Origin: Minisyncoccota bacterium
GTDB taxonomy: Bacteria > Patescibacteriota > Minisyncoccia > Phycocordibacterales > UBA9973
Reading direction: 5' to 3'
Assembly (NCBI GenBank): GCA_035510575.1
Contig: DATKGV010000008.1
Coordinates: forward strand, 68,618 to 132,617
DNA length: 64,000 nt
Shown: positions 58,766-64,000 of the stretch, piece after piece
Numbering within the stretch: position 1 is the first letter of the stretch
How the letters are laid out: each line of letters begins with the position of its first letter
Made by a program: the position numbers and the translations under genes
The notes under the pieces: generated by a model
What the model was told of the DNA's origin: nothing
Seen by the model: the letters and a program-made list of their open reading frames with translations, nothing else
The model's database searches: none

Positions 58766-60607
58766 CTAAGATTCAGACTTGCGGAGACGGAAAGCGAACT
58801 CACTGTCCGGATGCCACTCGAGGCCGGGCGTCGCCCAATAGTTGTCCAGCCACAAACCGTCACCGTCGCGCACGAGGCGGAAGACGAACGGGTAGCCGCC
58901 AGAGTCAGCGATTTGTTTCATTCCAATACGCACCCATTCATTTAGAGGTTGATTCCTGTATTTAAGGCGATAGTTAGGGCCAGTATCAGGAGGACACAAT
59001 TCCAAGCCGAGCGTTTGTGCGCGTTCGTAAATTTGGTCAGTGGTAGCACTTGTTTTGAAACCAAGGTCAGCAACAGTAAGGCGGATAAGTGTTGCTTCTT
59101 CACGCTTTTTACCTGGAATGAAGTCACGATTCTTCATCATAGATTTTGCGTAGTCGGAAATATTGATGTGGGCTGCTTCCATTTCAGCAATCAATTGTTC
59201 GGCCGTCTTTCCACCTATCTCGACATTTTCTCTGCGAATTTTCTTGTCTGGGAACGAGGTGTATACATGCTCAAGACCTTCTGGCAATCTTTGGAAGATG
59301 CCTGGCTCAAGCTGTCCAACATACGCCTTTGTATCTTTTGTTATCTGGCTTGGAACGTGAGCAATTTCTTCCTTAGTACATGCAAAAATAACAAGCATGT
59401 CTTCCTCTGTATTTCTGCCAGCGCGAAGCTCGGCAATACGCGGATCGGTTTGGTATCCGAAACCTTCGATGGACGAGTTAATTTCATAGAGAAATACAAG
59501 ATCATCTTTGGTAAATGGTTCTTCTTGTTCGCGCTTTTGATCAAGAGCAGTCAGTATTTTCATGTCTCCACTTTTCTTTCGGTACGCATCTGCTTCGGTT
59601 CCGAAATCTTGGAGTTTTTCATCAAGTGCTTCCTGCATGATTGGTTCTACGCCTTGGTGCGGAAGAATACCACGCACTTCGCCAATTCTATTGTCACCCT
59701 CCATACGGATCGCAAGACGAGGTTGGGTTGGTTCGCCGTTTGAATCATTCGTGTAATAAACATAAAAGTCGCCATTCTCTATTTGTGTTTCTGCTGTCGA
59801 TTTACCGGCAGTACACCAACCAGTTCCTTTTCCTTCGAGTGATTCAAAAAGTTGCTCGGCGTCACCGCTTTGTCCCTGTTGGTATTTTTTCCATTCACCT
59901 TTGACCTCCTCACGGTTCTCCATTGAGGCAGCAAGAGATTTTGAGATGAGTTCAGCGTATAAGCTCGGAAACTTTTGAGAAAAAGCTTCGCGCACCTCTG
60001 GTTCTTTGAGATTTTTGTTATCTTCTTTTACTTTGAAATATATGTCGGCAATTTGCGCGAGTGGTTCGCGATAGATATCGGGATATGGTGCAACAGTACT
60101 ATCGGTACGCTTTTTGAACTCGCCACGCTCTTTGTCGAATTGGGAAAGTTTGGTGATATTTTTCCAAACAAAGTATTTGAACCATGCAGGATACATGGCA
60201 TCGTCTGAAGTAAGGTACTCCATCCACGCATTAAGCGATGCTCGCTGGTCTTCGATGGCAACATCCATCATTTGTTCACGGACATTGTCAGGGATTTCCT
60301 CTACTGCTTGTCCACGCTCGCGAGCGATGCGCTTTTGCAGTTCAAAATATGATTCAGGAAAATTCTCCTTTTTTATAATGAATGCGTCATATATTTTGTC
60401 GCGAAACATTTCGAGATTGCGTTCACGTTTCTTTTCATCAGGATTGAGAAAAACATTCTCCAAACGATCCATATAGGCTTCGATACGCTCGGAAGGATCA
60501 TTCGGCATTTTTTCGCCAGTCTGTCGCTCTTCTCGCACAACGGCTCGATTTACCTCGGGAGAAGTTTGAAGTTCCGGGCTTTTCATGTGGAGCGGGTGCT
60601 TTTCCAT
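58766..60607 (-). CDS. DGR target protein: N-terminal WCTA-motif domain plus C-terminal (probably C-lectin-fold) variable domain
   Basis: 3' end carries the VR; GTGWCTAG..GDFYVYY..AIRM..EVRG; LTVADLGF..GLELCP; no signal peptide. Confidence 0.88.
   Translation of the reverse strand: MEKHPLHMKSPELQTSPEVNRAVVREERQTGEKMPNDPSERIEAYMDRLENVFLNPDEKKRERNLEMFRDKIYDAFIIKKENFPESYFELQKRIARERGQAVEEIPDNVREQMMDVAIEDQRASLNAWMEYLTSDDAMYPAWFKYFVWKNITKLSQFDKERGEFKKRTDSTVAPYPDIYREPLAQIADIYFKVKEDNKNLKEPEVREAFSQKFPSLYAELISKSLAASMENREEVKGEWKKYQQGQSGDAEQLFESLEGKGTGWCTAGKSTAETQIENGDFYVYYTNDSNGEPTQPRLAIRMEGDNRIGEVRGILPHQGVEPIMQEALDEKLQDFGTEADAYRKKSGDMKILTALDQKREQEEPFTKDDLVFLYEINSSIEGFGYQTDPRIAELRAGRNTEEDMLVIFACTKEEIAHVPSQITKDTKAYVGQLEPGIFQRLPEGLEHVYTSFPDKKIRRENVEIGGKTAEQLIAEMEAAHINISDYAKSMMKNRDFIPGKKREEATLIRLTVADLGFKTSATTDQIYERAQTLGLELCPPDTGPNYRLKYRNQPLNEWVRIGMKQIADSGGYPFVFRLVRDGDGLWLDNYWATPGLEWHPDSEFAFRLRKSES
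58779..58912 (-). repeat. DGR variable region (VR)
   Basis: Ungapped match to 60899-61032 with 22 mismatches, all opposite TR adenines. Confidence 0.96.
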
Positions 60608-60898
60608 ATATGGTTCGCATTATAGCATAAATTACTGCGAAATAAAGAGGTTTTTGGTATACTATTTTCAGATTGGTTTCATTGAACGGCTACGGTTTTT
60701 CAAGACCAATTTACTTCGTGTAGATTGAGAGCGCGAACGGTTATGGCTTTTCGCGGAGGATGTACATAGAGGTCTTTAAAAAGAAAAAACTTGGTGCGAC
60801 GCGCTGGTTGATTTTCGATCACGCATAACAATACAGCACGGCTTCTGGCACATTTATGTGCGCCTAAGTCGGCGGTGACATGGATGGCGTGCCGCACA

Positions 60899-61032
60899 AA
60901 CGCTGACTCTGACGGCAACCCGAACGTCTTCAACCTCGAACGCAACGATGACGGTTTGTGGCTGAACAACAATTGGGCGAAACCCGACAACGAGTGGAAT
61001 CCGGACAATAAGTTCGCTTTCCGTCTCCGAAA
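60899..61032 (+). ncRNA. DGR template region (TR)
   Basis: AAC/AAT-rich copy of VR (aac gct gac tct gac ggc aac ccg aac ... ttc cgt ctc cga aa). Confidence 0.95.
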
Positions 61033-61057
61033 CTATTTTCTTTTCCGCGACCTCATG

Positions 61058-61465
61058 TTACATGTCGCGGTTTTTCTTTTCAGGGTTGGCAAGATTCTTC
61101 TTCCAGCCACCAAACATCTTGCCGACTTCTTCGAGTTTCAATGCCACGTTCTCGCAGTGAGCGTTTGAAATAAGCTTGCCCTCCCATGCAACAGAGACAA
61201 GAAACTTTAGTGTGTCCAACACCAAAATGCATTCAGTAATTTTTTCCTCTTTCTTCTCTTTTTCGATAAAATATGCGATGTATGACAATTCAAGCAGATC
61301 GAGAAACTTGTTCTCAATCCGTGAGCCGATTGTATAGCGTGCGCCTTTAGCAATATGCGGAACAATATTAACCCAAATCAAATACCCCTCTTTGATCTTG
61401 TTGAGGATCGAAGCGTTGTTGGTGTGCGAAAGTCGGGGGGGGGGGAGATTTGTCGCTCGGTTCAT
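61058..61465 (-). CDS. avd: Avd-like four-helix-bundle accessory protein
   Basis: RYTIGSRIE...LLE; LDTLKFL; LEEVGKMFGGW; between TR and RT. Confidence 0.88.
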   Translation of the reverse strand: MNRATNLPPPRLSHTNNASILNKIKEGYLIWVNIVPHIAKGARYTIGSRIENKFLDLLELSYIAYFIEKEKKEEKITECILVLDTLKFLVSVAWEGKLISNAHCENVALKLEEVGKMFGGWKKNLANPEKKNRDM

Positions 61466-62449
61466 ATCTACAATAATATCATTTCTGTGGAAAACTTACT
61501 CGTCGCATGGCGAGAATTCCTTCATGGAAAACGGAGCCGTAAAGACGTTGCCCAATTTTCAGTTCATCTGACCGATAATATACTTGCCCTCCATCGCGAA
61601 CTCGTCGATAAGACCTACCATCACGGTCTGTACAAAGCTTTTCGTATCAACGATCCCAAACCGCGTGATATTCATAAGGCGAGTGTTCGCGATCGGTTAC
61701 TTCACCATGCTATTTATAGGATTTTGTATCCCTACTTTGATCCTAAGTTTATTTTTGATTCGTATTCATGTCGGCGTGGTAAAGGCACGCACCGCGCGCT
61801 TGATAGATTTCGAGACTATGCCCGCAAAGTTTCTAAAAATCATACTCAGACAGTGTGGGTCTTGAAATGCGATATCAGAAAGTTTTTTGCAAACATTGAT
61901 CACACAATTTTAGAAGATATTTTGAAGCGTCGCATGGGAGACGAAGATGTCATTCAACTTTTTCGAGAAATTGTTGGCAGTTTTAATACCAAAGACAAGG
62001 ATGGTGTAGGATTACCTCTCGGTAATCTCACTAGCCAGCTTTTGGTAAATATTTATATGAACGAGTTTGATCATTTTCTCAAACGAGATTTGAAAGTTGA
62101 ATATTGCGTTAGGTACGCGGACGATTTTGTTATTCTGCACACAGACAAAAAATATTTAGAAAACGTCTTGCCAAAAATATCTGCATTTTTAGAAACAAGA
62201 CTCAAGCTATCCCTTCATCCTGATAAGGTGTTTATAAAAACATTCGCCTCGGGCGTAGACTTTCTTGGTTGGGTACATTTTCCACATCATCGTGTGCCGA
62301 GGACATCCACGAAAAAGAGAATGTTCAGAAATTTAAATCAAAACTCAAAAAAGGAATCACTAAGTTCCTACGCAGGGCTTCTGAGTCATGGCGATACACA
62401 TGAATTACGAGAGACAATATTTAAGAAGTATTCTGATAAGAAAATCTGA
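61355..62449 (+). CDS. DGR-type reverse transcriptase (start uncertain: 61355, 61424 or 61487)
   Basis: DPKPR.I; RDR..HHA; DSYSCR.GKGTH; KCDIRKFF; GLPLGNLTSQ; RYADD; DFLG. Confidence 0.96.
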   Translation: MRNNINPNQIPLFDLVEDRSVVGVRKSGGGEICRSVHIYNNIISVENLLVAWREFLHGKRSRKDVAQFSVHLTDNILALHRELVDKTYHHGLYKAFRINDPKPRDIHKASVRDRLLHHAIYRILYPYFDPKFIFDSYSCRRGKGTHRALDRFRDYARKVSKNHTQTVWVLKCDIRKFFANIDHTILEDILKRRMGDEDVIQLFREIVGSFNTKDKDGVGLPLGNLTSQLLVNIYMNEFDHFLKRDLKVEYCVRYADDFVILHTDKKYLENVLPKISAFLETRLKLSLHPDKVFIKTFASGVDFLGWVHFPHHRVPRTSTKKRMFRNLNQNSKKESLSSYAGLLSHGDTHELRETIFKKYSDKKI

Positions 62450-62523
62450 CCTTTTAGTTACCAACACCTACCACTCGGGACGCTCTGGACTCCTAGGGCG
62501 AGTTGCGTCATTCCTTGTAGTGT

Positions 62524-63867
62524 ATGAACCATACACAAACACAAGCGCCATTAGGGACTACGGCCAAAGTAGTAGTCCCCACAAAGGTAAAATACTGCCT
62601 TTACGCAAGAAAAAGTACGGAAAGTGAGGAACGCCAAGTGCTGTCCATAGACAGCCAGATCAAAGAGATGCTCCAATTGGCGGAGCGCGAGGGTCTTGAG
62701 ATCGTGACCATGAAGCGCGAGAGTCACAGCGCGAAAGAGACCGGCCAGCGTCCAGTCTTCAACGAGATCGTGGATGAAATCAAACAGGGCAAGTTTAACG
62801 GCATCCTGACATGGGCACCGGATCGAATCAGCAGAAACGCGGGCGACCTCGGGAAGATCGTCGACCTGATGGATGCCGGAAAACTGCATCAGATACGCAC
62901 CTTCGGGCAGACGTTCGGTAACAATCCGAACGAGAAATTCCTACTGATGATTCTCGGCTCGCAGGCGAAACTCGAAAACGACAACCGAGGCATCAACGTG
63001 AAGCGCGGACTGCGGACAAGAGTGGAGATGGGATTGTGGCCAGGCATGGCACCGCTTGGGTACCTGAATCAGAAGATGCTCGATCGTAAATGCCAGATTG
63101 CAATAGATCCTGACCGCGCGCCGATCGTCCGGAAAATGTTCGAGAAAGTAGCCCACGAGGGATGGAGCGGACGAAAGGTGTACAACTGGCTTCGGTTCGA
63201 CCTGAACTTCCATACGAGAGGACACAAGCCACTAACGCTCTCCGGTGTGTATCGAATATTCAATATGCCAATTTACTACGGGCCATTCGAGTACCCGAGA
63301 GACAGCGGCAACTGGTACGACGGAAAACATGAGCCGATCATCACCAAGGAATTATATGAGAAAGCGCAGGAACAGCTGAAGCGAGATAAGATCGTCAGAG
63401 AGAATCGGGAGTTCGCTTTTACAAAATTATTTACCTGCGGCATGTGCGGCTCGGGAATCACGGCGCAGGAGAAATATAAGGAGCTGAAAGACACGACGAC
63501 CGCCAAGTACGTCTACTACTCCTGCTCGAAAGCGAGAGATCGTAATTGCAAGAACAAGTACATCCGCGAGGAAGAACTGATCGAGGAACTTTTCAAAGTC
63601 ATTGACAAAGTGAGCATCAACGAACTGGGAATGCGAATGAAGCTCGAGGAAGAAATCAAGCGATTCAATCGGCTACAGCGACTTGCAACCAAAGGCACGC
63701 CGAAATATTCAATCAACGAGGACGATGTGAATACAAGAGAGTATGCAAAATACGTCCTGCGCGAGGGCACGCCGCTTGAGAAGCGCGAGCTGATGGGACA
63801 TCTGCGAAGCAGACTGGTGCTCAAGGACAAGAGAATTACGCTCCTTCAGGAAAGAGAGGAAAAATAA
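62524..63867 (+). CDS. Large serine recombinase with zinc ribbon
   Basis: LYARKS; SAK..RP.F; DRISRN; APLGY; HEPII; CGMCG..YYSC. Confidence 0.93.
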   Translation: MNHTQTQAPLGTTAKVVVPTKVKYCLYARKSTESEERQVLSIDSQIKEMLQLAEREGLEIVTMKRESHSAKETGQRPVFNEIVDEIKQGKFNGILTWAPDRISRNAGDLGKIVDLMDAGKLHQIRTFGQTFGNNPNEKFLLMILGSQAKLENDNRGINVKRGLRTRVEMGLWPGMAPLGYLNQKMLDRKCQIAIDPDRAPIVRKMFEKVAHEGWSGRKVYNWLRFDLNFHTRGHKPLTLSGVYRIFNMPIYYGPFEYPRDSGNWYDGKHEPIITKELYEKAQEQLKRDKIVRENREFAFTKLFTCGMCGSGITAQEKYKELKDTTTAKYVYYSCSKARDRNCKNKYIREEELIEELFKVIDKVSINELGMRMKLEEEIKRFNRLQRLATKGTPKYSINEDDVNTREYAKYVLREGTPLEKRELMGHLRSRLVLKDKRITLLQEREEK

Positions 63868-63877
63868 ATCGTTGAGG

Positions 63878-64000
63878 TTATGATCTCTTTTTCTTCACAG
63901 AAACCTTCTTGGCTTTCGTAGTAGATTTCTTCTTCGCTGTCTTTCTTGAGGAAGTCTTTTTCTTCGGATTCTTTTGAGCTGGAGTAAAGCAGTCGAGAAC
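63878..64000 (-). CDS. 3' end of a gene entering from beyond the window (Lys-rich tail)
   Basis: ..VLDCFTPAQKNPKKKTSSRKTAKKKSTTKAKKVSVKKKRS*. Confidence 0.5.
   Translation of the reverse strand, partial: VLDCFTPAQKNPKKKTSSRKTAKKKSTTKAKKVSVKKKRS

Larger units (their letters stand above)
45400..63867. mobile_element. Integrated phage-satellite-like element (ends approximate; may continue beyond the window)
   Basis: Visible shift to higher GC; ori-like array, MTases, terminase pair, type III R-M, ParB, two serine recombinases, DGR; no housekeeping genes. Confidence 0.8.

Noticed and set aside
58631-59743. Plus-strand ORFs 58631-58945 and 58949-59743
   Set aside because: Antisense shadows of the DGR target gene.
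60875-61168. 97-aa ORF resembling the target C-terminus
   Set aside because: It is the TR read in frame (Asn-rich) running into antisense avd; expected for a DGR template and unlikely to be a protein gene.
61355-62449. Group II intron or retron RT
   Set aside because: Short RT with GNLTSQ, no maturase/endonuclease extension, adjacent Avd and an A-specific TR/VR pair identify it as a DGR RT.

Overview
This looks like chromosomal DNA from a CPR/Patescibacteria (probably Parcubacteria) bacterium, inferred from the gene set, CPR-typical hypothetical proteins and tRNA-Arg(GCG). 1-13.9 kb is a T4SS-like/pilin locus (VirB6-like, PrgI, VirB4, pilin). 13.9-19 kb is the origin region (jag-yidC-yidD-rnpA-rpmH / dnaA-oriC-dnaN). 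19-45 kb holds housekeeping genes (PBP, tyrS, ruvC/B/A, PilB, tsaE, polA, holA-like, mutM, rpsT), two tRNAs, REP-like palindromes (some inside genes), a DUF559 gene bracketed by inverted repeats, and a small AT-rich island next to tRNA-Arg. From about 45.4 kb to the window end is an integrated, satellite-like element with two DNA methyltransferases, small and large terminase but no capsid or portal genes, a type III R-M system, ParB, two large serine recombinases and a complete diversity-generating retroelement (DGR). In the DGR, TR and VR differ at 22 positions, all TR adenines, and avd lies antisense between TR and RT. The most unusual signal is at 45741-46155: three tandem 132-bp modules with identical geometry (39-bp pyrimidine-rich tract, four 15-bp palindromes spaced 8/8/2 bp, DnaA-type box) but a different palindrome sequence in each. 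They resemble three lambdoid-type phage replication origins of different specificity, with no initiator gene visible in the window. All alignments and counts were done by eye; no database searches were run.
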